Source of the DNA: Trichosphaerium sp. ATCC 40318
Lineage: Eukaryota > Protista > Tubulinea
Reading direction: 5' to 3'
Length of the DNA stretch: 64,000 bases
Assembly: GCA_038496445.1 (NCBI GenBank)
Contig: JALMLS010000344.1
Location: forward strand, 310,001 to 374,000
The position numbers and the translations under genes are program-made. The first letter of the stretch is position 1, and every line of letters starts with the position of its first letter. The notes under the pieces were generated by a model, which saw nothing but the letters and a program-made list of their open reading frames with translations, searched no databases and was not told where the DNA came from. Positions 52,065 through 64,000 of this stretch are shown piece by piece.

Positions 52065-52482
52065 CTAGCTCCGCATTACGGAATGTATATGTACAACAAT
52101 CCAACGGGAATAAACTAGATAACTGCTTATGCAAGTCCTTTCTTCAAAGTCGTACAATTATGAGCATTTTGAGTGTGTCAGCCGCAAACTGTCGAACACC
52201 TTCGAGTGAATTTGTCAACTTTGGTTTAGCTGCTGATTGAACGGTTGCAATGTTTAACGTTGGCAATAATACTTGTGTCTTACACGACCTTATCTTATGT
52301 TGTTAGGACACCATTGCACACAATAGTAACAGTGGCAAGAGGGCGTCAATAAATACTTCTGCGCCAAATGCAGATGATGAACACGTGCTAGCAAAAAGAA
52401 CATGTGGCTACGAAAAATGCTTAAAATCAGTCATACATAGTCAGCGTACCAGTTTTTAGTTGATTAATTTCTTGTGTATTTG

Positions 52483-53970
52483 ATGGAAGGCGCTTCTAAA
52501 TTAACTGGCACAACGCGTGGCCTGTATGATGTACCACCAGAAATACTATGTGTCATTTTGAAAAATCTCGAAATAGATCGATACGCTGCCGCTCAAACTT
52601 GCTCTAAATTCGCTAATATCATTCACAATATAATCGGATACGTTAGTCTAGTAATAACAAGACCAATGGACACATTACAAATAGAAAAGTACCCAGGCGT
52701 TCTAAAAAACACTGAAATCATAGGTAGACGCGGAGGAAACATGTTTAATGATACAAGCGTTAACGCAATAACAAACGAGTTTATAGCGCGACTTGCTGGA
52801 GCACAAAACATACGTCTGGCTTACTGCACATGTATAAATGATGCGTGCGTAAAGGCTCTAGCTGGTATACATACCCTTGATATCAGAGGATGCTATAAAG
52901 TAACCAATGAAGGCATAAAAGCTCTAAAAGGTATTTTTGTTTTGAAATCTTAAACACGTGGCTTGTTATCGGCTTTTGGAGTGTTGAAAGGAATATGAAA
53001 AAATCTCCTGCTACTCTCTTATGTGGGTCGTTAACGAGATTCTCATGTTCTTTCTTTTTTGACATCATTCAAAGCCTAACTTTGAAATCGAACTTAAGCT
53101 TTTGTATACTAACTAACATGTTTAATATCTTTAACTAACTTATATGTTTAAGGTATTTACTCTGTTAGATTACCTCATATTGTTTCAGATGAGGGTTTAA
53201 AGGGACTAACTGGTGTACATATACTTGATATAAAAGCTCCTTACAGTTCAAATGATAAAGTAACAGACGAAGGTATGAAAGCAGTTAAAGGAGTTCACTA
53301 TATTGATATTACAAATTGTGGTGTAACAGATAAAGGTATAGCAGAGCTTTCTGGGGTTCATACTATAATACTTGAGAAATGCAAAGGTGTTACTAACGAA
53401 GGATTAAAATTCTTAAAGGGAGTTCATTCTGCGAATATAAATAAATGTAGTCAAATAACAAATGAAGGCATCAAGGCCTTGTCTGGTGTTCATTACCTAA
53501 CTTTGAAGGATTGTTATAAAGTCGATGATGTAAGTGCGCTGAAGGGTATACATACGATCAATTTACATGGGACTTATGTTGATGATAAGTGCATGAAGTC
53601 TTTGGCTGGAGTTCATAAAATAAGTGTTAGAGGTTGTAATGTTACAGATATTGGTATTGTACACCTTGCTGGAGTTCAATCTATTGATGTCAGTTATACA
53701 ACAGTCACAAATGAAGGTATAAAAGCGCTTCGAGGAGTAAAGGTTATATTTCTTTGGGGACATAGAGAAATGAGTGATGATTGTTTAAAGTCACTTGAAG
53801 GTGTTAAGTATATTTCACTTCGTCATTGTCATCATGTTACTACCAAGGGTATACTAGCAATTAATAGTCTAACAAGATTAGCAAAAGAAGATTGTCCTAG
53901 TATTTCTATTCAAGAATTAATGGATAGTGGCATAAAAGCTTCAGCCTTCCTCAATGAGTTTAGGTTTTGA
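52483..53970 (+). CDS. F-box + cysteine-containing LRR protein (GVHTI/GIHTL repeats); one intron at 52931-53152
   Basis: F-box LYDVPPEILCVILKNL..AQTCSKF; many ~22-aa repeats of the form L.GVH.I.I..C..VT..GI. Confidence 0.9.
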
Positions 53971-54258
53971 AAAAAAAACTAAAAACATTAATCAAAAACT
54001 ATCAGTAAAAGTTGTCAAAACAGAAACCGGTTCACGTGTTAAATTTTATTCCAAAGTGTTATTCCCACACTGCATAGTCTGCTATCATAAATTTAAAAAT
54101 GACAACATGGTCAAAGCTTTATAATACAACGATATTTATTGTAAGGCATACATTACTTAAAACAAAAAAACTGGTTTAACTAATCACTTTTCTAAGAAGA
54201 CTTGTATAAATATAATCTCAAAAAGGCTTTGAACTTATTTGTGAGACCAGTATTACAT

Positions 54259-57200
54259 CTAAACGACATTTGTTTGCTTTTTCAATAAATCAATAGAATC
54301 AACTATAAGAGGAGTGCAAGCGATTGGATTTAATTCCTGTACATATGCCAAAACCTGTTTCTAAAAAAAAAAGAGATAATAAGAAACAGGCACCAAAAGT
54401 CAGCCAGGTTTTTTTTTTGTTTTGGTTGTTCACCTTGTCAAGAGCGCAAAAGAAGCGTTGATTGACACTTTCGGTGCCAATATTGTTTGTAACATCTCTA
54501 ATGTCTCTGTTGTGAAGTTATTTCCCAAGATACTGATTTGTTGGAGTTTAGGGCATGCAAGACAAGTCCAAGCTAATTTTTCAGCTCCTCTATCACCAAG
54601 TCGATTCCCATCGAAATTGAGGTATACTAGATTACTACTGCTCCATGTGGCATTGCTCAGCATTACAACGTCTTCAAAATCAATCTCGTTCTGTGACAGA
54701 ACCAACCTAAAGGCAAGTTAGAAACATCTTAGCAGGAGGAGAAAAAATTGAGAAAGTTCTTTTTTCTTTGACAATGAATGAATGAATAAGTAATGTTCTA
54801 CTGTTGTTTCGTTTCTCTCCAAACAGTAATTTATAGTTCTAAAATATAACGTACCACTCGAGGTTATGACAATTTGACATGATGCGGACCATCTCTGGCA
54901 TTTTATCGTGTCCAGTTATCGTATTACGGCTGACGTTCAAGCACTAACAAACAACATAAATCAATAACCCAGAGCGATTTCTTTTGCGTACTTTTAGGTT
55001 TGGTAATGCAATACACTTATTCGCGAGTGCTGTGACATGACCAACATCTGCAAGACGACACTACAACTAAGTCAATACACCTCCAAAACTGAAAGAAAAA
55101 AACAAGAATAATTGGTATCAACAAAAAGTCGTACATCGCTCAAAGATAGTTCTGTTATTGTGCTAGGCAAACGTTTGAGGAGTTCATCTACGCCTGAAGG
55201 AGCTTGCTCAGGGTATAATACATTAGCTTTGACACCTATTGTCAAAAAAGCATTTTTAGTAAACATGAACAAGTACAACTTGTGACAGTACCTAATGGGT
55301 TGCTATTCAATACCAAAGTGTTCAAACGTAAGCGCTCTAGTTCACAGAACTCTGATAGATTACAACCAACAATATTGTTATCACTACAATCCAAGAAAGT
55401 AATGTTATGGCTCAAAGAACCAATCAATTCAGCAAAGTCACGAGATCTCATCGCTGCATGGGTAACGGATAACCTACAAAGTGACTTGTTTCCTTTACAT
55501 GCTTCTTTCAACCCTTTCAAACGATCAGTAGGATTACCACTTATCACAAGATCTCGTAATTGACACTAAGCAAGACGTCTTAGTTTAGATAGATAGAAAT
55601 ATTAAGGAGCAATATTGCCGTACTGTTTCAGATGTTAATAGAGGCTTAACAAAGTGTGTATCATGCGCATCATGAAGTACAAACATTGATTTTAACTTAG
55701 GAAGTTGTATAAGCGCATCACTGAGTTTATTTGCGATAGCTTTTGGTGTTCCCAACTACGCTTTGAAGTTAGTATCTTCACAATGACCAACATCAACAAA
55801 TAAAAAAGTTTAAAGCTCACTTGGTGTAGGTTAAATATGTCCCTAACTTCGACATGTGTTACATTCTTAAACTCAGCAACATTATCAAGTATTGACTCAA
55901 CATTTGGACGAAGTTGTAAGAACTTAATATGACCAGCAATGATAGGTAAGTGATCTAGTAAATTCACTTTTTGAAGTGTCTTGCACGGTATCTATAACAA
56001 ATGATATTAGAGCCATAACAAAGTTAAATTGCTTTCAACTTACCCCAGAGAATGATTGGTACTCCAAGGCTCTCGTAAGATAGATTTCTTTCCAAGAACT
56101 GCCTGATTCCGGGACAACAGGCTTGGGCATATTGTACCCAACATCACCTCTTAAATGTATCAAGAAAGGCTCACAAGATTTATTAAAATCATCTTGAGTC
56201 CACTGTTCACGATCACAGAACCTCTTCCAAAGTTTTGACGTATCTACAAGATAAATTAAATGACATTTGTAATGTCGAAAAAACGTTATTTCAGTTGACT
56301 TACCATGATTATCTAGAAGCTTGTCTTCGGCTTTACATAAATCTATTGGCGACAAATTTTTACATACGGCCATGACTAGGTCTTCTGGAAGTCCTGTGAA
56401 TGTAGGGACGTCTAAAAAAAGAGTTGGCTTTTTTTTTTGTAGTGAGGTTAAGTTAGGTTTACCATCAATATAATAAGCCAACATGCGTGTTGCCAGTTTC
56501 ACCAGTGGCTGGATCTCTAAAAAACTAGCTTTCTAATATAAAAAATAAGTAACCGAATGTCATTAATAAATGTAGTATACGTACTACAAGTACTTCCATT
56601 ACAATCTCTGGGCTTTATTGAAAACTGTTAGGCTGGCAATCAAAAAAAGCAGAAAAAAGTTTGATCAATCCCGTTATTTTTATTTTTGGAGTATCGACTC
56701 GTACCTGAGCTCAAACTGAAATATAGTTCTTGGCTTATTCGACTTGGCGTATAACGGTTTGTTCAATTTATAATCCATGCAGCAAAAGCGAAGTATAGTG
56801 TCTGCAAATTAGGTTTTAGCGAAAAAAGAAATAATTCAAAGTTGTAAATAAAAAGAGACCACGTGATAAAAACGTTTAAAAAAATCTGTCGGTTTTTTTT
56901 TGTTCAGTTTTTCGGATGAGCGTACCCATTACATCAGCAGGTATCTCTGGTAAGTTTATTGAGTTTGTTGAATTTTCAAGGTATGTTTCTATTGTATACG
57001 AATCAGTTTGATGTATAAGGTGCAACAGTGGGCTTTAAAATCAAGAATTCATGTTTGACAAAAAATAATTGAAATTAATAACAAAAATAACGATCACGTT
57101 CAGAAAAAAAACCGTACTGTCGCTCATGAATAAGCGTTTCATCCACAAGGAGCAGCAACAAAGTACTTCAACTGGGATCACGAATTCTTCCATGTAAGGA

Positions 57201-57608
57201 CCATGCCCTGCGCATATCTTGACGTAGGTATCCTGTAGGCGGCTGTTAGAGAGTTTTTTGTTGAGAAGTTAGATAAATAAATCAAATAACGCTCTATGTA
57301 TTAAAAGTTGTGATAGTGTTGTCGTGAGCGCGTAAAAAGAGAATTTGCGGGTGATTGCTGGCAGATTGTACCTGTGGCATTTCATTTACACTGTGTGACA
57401 CCACGGGTCCTTCAATAGGTTTGAAAACTTGAACGGGCAATTCTACTATTGGCTCTACAGAAACTTTTTTGCGGCGTTTTTGAATAAAATTACGTAATTG
57501 CGCTAAAAATCATTAGTAATTAAAAACCATGCATGATTGACGCGTACCAGAGCGTTCCAAGTACTTTTTCTTTTTACCGGCTTGCGCGGGAGAAGTAGAT
57601 TGCATCAT
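54259..57608 (-). CDS. Elongin-C/Skp1-like BTB domain + Elongin-A-like box + RNI-like LRR protein
   Basis: TYVKICAG..EEFVI, YLENSTNSINLPEIPADVM, FELSPEIVMEVLVKASFL, LPEDLV..LSPIDLCKAE..DTSKLWKRFC; LRRs LDCSDNNI, LNFDGNRLGDRGAEKL. Confidence 0.75.
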
Positions 57609-58284
57609 GCGGTAATATAGATTATAGAGTGTGTATAGAGGAGTGGCTGCACTTTGGCGCGATGTACAAAAGCCGTTTTAAACTGGCCGATCTAAGTCAG
57701 TCGTACTTAATCCGCAAACTTCAAGACACTACGCTGCAGCTGAGGGTACCCTTAATACGGAATACTCTGTGTTTAAACATTTGAATTCAAATTTTGGCGC
57801 CTTATTCAACAAACACAAACACAGCCGGCGTAAAAAAAACCGCGTAGGCCAGCTAGCGATATAAACTAAAAGAGTCAATACAAAAATTACTCAAGGCACC
57901 ATATGGGCACGCTTAGCTTTACTGTAGTGTTATTCATTTTGCGTATCAAGTGTCAAAATGAAATGACCATCTATAATTTTTAGTGTTTATTTGAGAAAAA
58001 TCGATTTGTGTCCTAATGTGACTAGCTCATGCTTACACAACGCAATTTGGAGTAAAGATAGTCAGCTAGTTACTATATTCCGCTTCTCATAGCCAAATGA
58101 ATACTAGCGAGATGTGATAAAAGCGAGCTTACTCAAAGCAATGTGATTGTTTAGCTCCTTTTGTTAACAACGCAATGTGTGAAATGTAGTGTAACAAGGT
58201 CAAAGATTTGTGTGAGAAGTCGTATAAAGTAAGAGAAGCGACCACTTTTGTAGAAGATGTCTAAGATAATTTTTATTTATTTAT

Positions 58285-60009
58285 TTATGGAACTCTAAAC
58301 GATTTATTTTTTCCCAATTTTAGAACTGCAAGTTTGTCACTCTTCAATATACTTTTTACCAAATTCCTTAATCCTAAACAAAATGATTAGAATAGAGTAC
58401 AATATTAACCTTAACGTACCACAGCGTTCCTGAAAGGTCATTACAATTAAGCCCCCCAACAACAAGACGATACATATTAAAAGTTACGCAAGACAAGCGT
58501 AAATTCATTGGAACATCGAGCGTCTGAAGTTGAAAATATTCGTAAGAAATGAATAAAAAAAAACAGCCAGCAAAGTTTTAGCCGTACATGTATCATGTCA
58601 CCATTCCAATCGATAATACGAACAAAGCTGCGCCCAAGGGTAGCAATAAATACCTTGTTAGCCTTTACACTATGAAACATAGGTTGCAGTGGCTCCTTGA
58701 CCTCTTTAATAGCAAGGCCTTTATCAAGGTTCTATAATTGTAAAATGGTAGGCACATCTTTTTGGAATGATAGGTACCCATAATATGCATGTATTGTCAC
58801 TGCTTACACTTACGGCTCTGTTACCCGCAATATCAACACAACGTATCCCTTTTGAGTGGCCTGTAAGCGTATAGAGCAAGTCATACGTCCGAGAATCCCA
58901 TACCTGCGAGCAAATAAAGTTAGCTGTTAGGTATTGGCTCAGCACAATATGTACACGAAGTTTGGTGTCCCAGCTACCAGCAATTATGTACTTGTCGTTT
59001 ATCTTCACGCTTGAGACAGTGTTACCTACTAATACCATTATTAAACAATTTTGTTCTAGTGTCTTTTCAAACTTTGCTTGTCTAACAACTCAGCATTCAT
59101 TCGTTAATAACAAGAGCCTTGTCAAAAACAAAACCTACCCTTTAATTTTTTGATTAGTTTTTTTGTGTCTCTGTTCCATACATATACATCCGTTGAACTA
59201 CAAACAATACGATTGCCAAAGGGCATAACAGACCTGGAAGAAAGGAAGTGTAAGCAACTAATTAGCAATGTCTTATTGCACTCTCTAATTTGCATACCAA
59301 ACGATTTCTTCACATCCTTTGTAATCATAAAACTTCCCGGTTGCTCTATCTATTTCGCGGAATCCATTACCAACTGCTGAGCAGTATATTTTATCTTGGT
59401 TTATGTGAAGGCCACGAACTAACTTGAAGTCAAATCTCACATTGTACACAACTTGTTTAGCTCTACCTTTTGCAAGGTGGTCAACACAAAGCGTTTTTGT
59501 GCCATTATTAGTGCATAATGCAGTACAATAGTCCGTGCCTAGTTTTCTGAATAAGATACTTCACGTTCGATAACAAGCGGTGTACGTACCAGCAACTGCA
59601 TCGTGGTCGTGTATTGCTACGCCACACACTTCTCCACCTAGCATAAAACTACTTTGTGCCTCCTAGTTACAGATAAGCGTTAAAAGCATTAAAAGGATGC
59701 TTACAGGATTGTTGATATGCCAGCGATTTAATATTTGCCAATGATGAGCATAATAGGCTTTCCACGTGATGCTAGTGGAATATTCTGGCGTATCTATCCA
59801 TAAACTCAACAGAGATTTGCTTTTCAAGTACCAAAATGGCCTGTTGTAAAAATAAACAACGGGTATGAAGTAAACGCCTACTTCGTATCTAGTGCTGTTT
59901 TTAACACTAAAGAAGCAAGCAAGAAGTTTATGAGGTCTGGTCCGTCAAATTGAAGGCCGATTAGCTCGTATATCTCTACGGGTAATGAAAATATTGGACT
60001 ACAATCCAT
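58285..60009 (-). CDS. F-box + WD40-repeat protein (Cdc4/FBXW-like)
   Basis: IFSLPVEIYELI F-box; IIAGSWDTKL.VWD, LTGHSKGIRCV, VSVSSDNTCILW. Confidence 0.9.
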
Positions 60010-60981
60010 GGCTTGTTGCTTTTGACAAAATCTATTTTTACATACGTACAGAGAATTTTGTGGAAAAAGTCTCCTGATTTCAAATATTTCAAAAACCTCA
60101 ACATCAACCACATGTAACGAAGTCACTGATATTTGCACCCAACTGGGCTAATGTTAAATCACTGCTGGTACGTACCGTGTCCTATCACGTAAGCTTTAAA
60201 ATCGTTTTACCTACTTGATGCACAAGTTATCCCTATCTTAAGTTTTTTGGTGAGACAATTTACGTCTGAGGCTTCAAAATACAATTAAAACTTATTTCAT
60301 ATGTAACCAATCGAAACTAATAGTTTTCTAAGATTAAGCACGAAAACCGCAACAACACGGTACCACAGGGGCATTGACGCTTTCTTCTGGTACGTTTCTT
60401 AGTTTTTCATCTTTATTTCCCCAAAATTTTTCAAAACCGGCGCCTCCATGAACCTTGCAGCTATTTTCTCAGGCTCGGAAGGTAGTTACTCAGCGCCAGA
60501 GTAATCTAGGGGGCTCGCTACTCAGGAATACTGCGGGGTTAACGCATGACCTTTGTACAAAGCGATATTTTTCCATGTCCATCGCGCGGGCTCCTAAAGT
60601 TATCAATTTAATAACAAAATTTCTTTTATTTTGTTTGTCTTTGTTTTGTTGCGTTCAAAAGCTTACAAAACTCAGGATTACCGAACGAGTAGCTCCAGTA
60701 AAGAAAGGAAATGTTGTGTTCGTTCTAGACTAGGGAGTGATTTACCCGTCGGATGTACGAAATGTATGAGAATAACGCGTAATAATCGCGTAGCAGCGAT
60801 GGGGATGCTCACTTTAAAAGAGTGGCTCTACCAGCTTGTAAAATGAATAAAAGTGTAAATTAGATAGTATCATATCGTGCCTTTTTGTTAGTCAGCAAAT
60901 TAGCGTATTCTGCATAATGCAAATTGGTACATAATTTGTGAACATTAAGTGACTCATTCTTCTAAACTGAAGCAACTGTCA

Positions 60982-63900
60982 ATGAAAACGCTGCTACTTG
61001 TGGTAGTGTTTCTACTGTTTGCGTGTGTACATTCAGGTTAGCTCGATAGGTGTAATAGCCCTTTTAGTTAAACATTACCTTAGATGGCTCTTCACCTTCA
61101 GGCATACTTGTAGACGAGTGGGCTATCCAGTTTGAGGTTCGTGAAAAGAGCAATTCGCTGGCAACCCTATTATGCGTCGGGCATCGCTAATATCATTCAG
61201 GGCCAACCAAAACCGCGTCAGTTTGCTTCTAAGTACGGTTTGGAGTATTGGGGCAGCGTCGGTTCACTTGAGGTAAGCAACAGCCTTTCTTTACAACTCG
61301 GCAGTATTTTAGCGAGATACTAAACATGCGAGATACTTACGTAAACGAGTAGAACTTCCATTTGTTTAAGTTTCCAAAAAACTCAAAGAAGCGTAATGCT
61401 GACGCTGAGTTACAACGTTCTTTGGGCTCACAAAAGCGGGAACTATTTCTTCAGCTCCTCGCTGACACGCGCACTTCAAATAAGCGTTCTATCCTTAAAA
61501 AAGATCGCATAGCGTGGTTTGCGCGTCAAGTACTTAATAAACATTCAAAGAGAGGAAATAGCACGCTTTGGTGGACAGATGGGTCTGAGCCAGGCGATAA
61601 ATTATATGGTACAGAATACGCACGTTTATGTATTTTATGTGTGACATGTGCTAGATAAACAGTGGCATTTACACGTGAATACAACCGCTAATATGACTAC
61701 TAATGCCACTACGATGCACGTGATAAACGTTAATGCTACAGGTGCTTGGAGACAAAACATTACTGGACGAGGTACGAAATGTCGCATGAAATGTTGCATG
61801 AAATGTCACCTGTGTCGCCTTTAAATGATGTACTTTTTTAGGCTCTGTGGTAGCCATAGTAGATGATGGCATACAGTATGAGAATATTTATTTAATTTTA
61901 TATTTTGTTGAATATCAATTTGACACATTGTGACAGGTACGATCACCCTGACATTCAAGCAAATTATGCAGCCGAGGTACTTTTCTATTTAAGTACGTTT
62001 ACATTAATGAGTGTCTCTAGCTCAGTTGGAATTTTAACACGGGCAAGCCTGACGCGTATCCCAAAAGTGACACTGATGGCCATGGTATGTGATGTTGTTG
62101 TTGGTTATTTTTTTTTAGTAAACTCGCAATTAATTTTTTTACAGGCACTCAATGCGCAGGTAGTGCAGCAGCTGTTGCTGATGGAACCACTTGTGGAGTT
62201 GGTGTCGCATTTAGAGCTAGGTTAGCAGGATTGGCTATACTCCAACGGGAAGGGACGTCAACTGATGCAGAAGAAGCAAGTGCATTGAGTCATAAAACAA
62301 ATGACATTGATATTTATTCTTGTAGTTGGGGTCCGGTTGACACAGGTATACTCGTCCCTCTGGTAACTCCATTACTAACTCATTATACTAGCAAAACAAC
62401 TTAAGGGTCCAGGACCTCTAGCACTAGCAGCTTTGGAGAAATCTATTCAGAAAGGACGTAACGGGCTTGGAACTGTTTATGTATGGGCTAGGTACTATTT
62501 CTTTTTTTGGATAAAAAATGTTTCTCATTGTTCTAATTTTTTTGCCACTAGTGGAAACGGAGGATTAGTGTATGCAAACAAGTGTTCTCACTTAATTTCA
62601 TAGAGTTAACATATATTTGTAGCAATGATAGTTGCGCATTTGATGGGTATGCTTCAAGGCGGGATACAATTACAATTGGGGCTGTAGGCGAGAATGGAGG
62701 CCTGTGTACATATAGTGAGGTAATGGACATAAATGATCATCTATATAGCGTTTTATTGATCTATTGTAGGCTTGTAGTTCTGTTTTTGCAGTTGTGCCTG
62801 GTGGATGTTATTCGGGTAGTGGAATTACTACTACCTTAAAATCAAACCAAAACGAGTGTTCTACACAGTTTCGGGTTAGAATTATGGGTCGATTATTCAC
62901 ATATTAACTTTGATTCTAGGGCACCTCTGCTGCAGCGGCTATAGGCGCTGGTGTTATAGCTTTATTGCTGGAAGCTAACCCTAACTTGGATTGGTTACAA
63001 GTGAGCACTTTTACTATTGTTGTTATACATACGCACATTGACTTGTACTAAGGTACAATACATCTTACAATTGTCTACAGAAGTCATTCAACAAGATGAC
63101 CCAAGTTGGGTCCAAAATAGGAATGGTAAGACATCTTTATGATATTTTTATGTTGTATTTTACAATAAGGCATTATTCATTGTATTTAGGTATCTACTAT
63201 TCCAATAAGTTTGGGTTTGGACTTCTTAACGCCGGTAAAATGGTATCTCTAGCTAAAACTTGGAATGAAACTATAGATGAATACACAAGTGTATACAAGA
63301 TAACTGCAATAAGGTCAGCTTTCTGGAAACTTTTTTTCAGTGCTTTTTTTTTTTTTTGGTGCTGAGTGATTAGTAGGTCATTCATAACTCATGGCACTTT
63401 GCGTTGTATGTCATCAACAATAAGTATTTCAGAGAAGAGAAAAATTCATCACGTGATTGTTAATGTTTACTTGAAGCACTTAACAAGAGGCAAAACAAAG
63501 ATAATCTTAAAAAGCCCTTGGGGCACAGGTAAAGCAACAGTTTTTCCTTCAAAGAAAGCAAAAAGTCGAATTACATTTCCAATTTTCCAATAGTCAATTA
63601 GAGTCTCAGAGTTTGACATCAATAGCCGAACCAATTTTCTCATTTTTACTTTTTGACCGTTGGGCTTGTATTTAACAAGTTTATAGAGTCTGTGTTATCG
63701 CCAGAACGAGTTTTGGATACAGCCAGCGACTATAAATATTGGAACTTTACTACGTTAGCTTTTTGGGGTGAAAACTCAGATGTACGTGTCACCATCTCTT
63801 TTCCTTGGCTTTGTAAACGTATATTAGCTGATGCAAGCTAGGGTTTATGGTCTCTAGTTGTTCATGATTATGCACATGATTTATTTGGCGAATTGACAAC

Positions 63901-64000
63901 TTGGGAATTACAAATATACGGCACTGGTACTAACTACCAATAACAACATCTTTGTTAACTTTTGCCTTTTCAGAACTGCAAGCTTTTACTTCGGGACCTA
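60982..64000 (+). CDS. Kexin/furin-like proprotein convertase (S8B) with P domain; probably continues past the window end
   Basis: Signal peptide; propeptide ending HSKR; VAIVDDG, HGTQCAG, SCSWGP, WASGNGG, DSCAFDGY, GTSAAA, YSNKFGFGLLNA, P-domain FWGEN..W.L..YGT. Confidence 0.93.

Noticed and set aside
61776-61809. 12-bp tandem repeat (gaaatgtYgcat) and the FHATFHATF ORF
   Set aside because: Local slippage inside a kexin intron; the ORF is an antisense artefact
1-64000. Alternative genetic code, prokaryotic operons, CRISPR array, tRNA/rRNA
   Set aside because: In-frame stops are explained by introns; TAA, TAG and TGA all terminate genes; no repeat-spacer array or structural RNA recognised by eye

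Overview
AT-rich, gene-dense eukaryotic DNA with many short (~40-100 nt) spliceosomal introns and the standard genetic code. The gene set (Dictyostelium-type STAT, zizimin DOCK, C2-TKL kinase, FKBP15, kexin) points to an amoebozoan protist. About 23 protein genes were reconstructed by hand; exon boundaries are approximate, and the ORF track shows only exon fragments and antisense shadows. No rRNA, tRNA, CRISPR array or intact transposon was recognised. Two observations stand out. (1) A spliced gene at 36.3-39.9 kb (-) fuses an N-terminal YTH RNA-reader domain, invisible in the ORF track, to one intact and one degenerate YcgL/RlaP-type nucleotidyltransferase domain. (2) Two unrelated head-to-head kinase genes each carry a GTATCC-initiated, U12-like intron splitting the catalytic-loop Asn codon at the same position. 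Other points of interest: an Elongin-C/Skp1-like + Elongin-A-like + LRR fusion, an FKBP15 with a FAM21-like LFa tail, a giant-virus-like F-box/LRR gene, an intronless kinase and a triple lamin-tail-domain surface protein.
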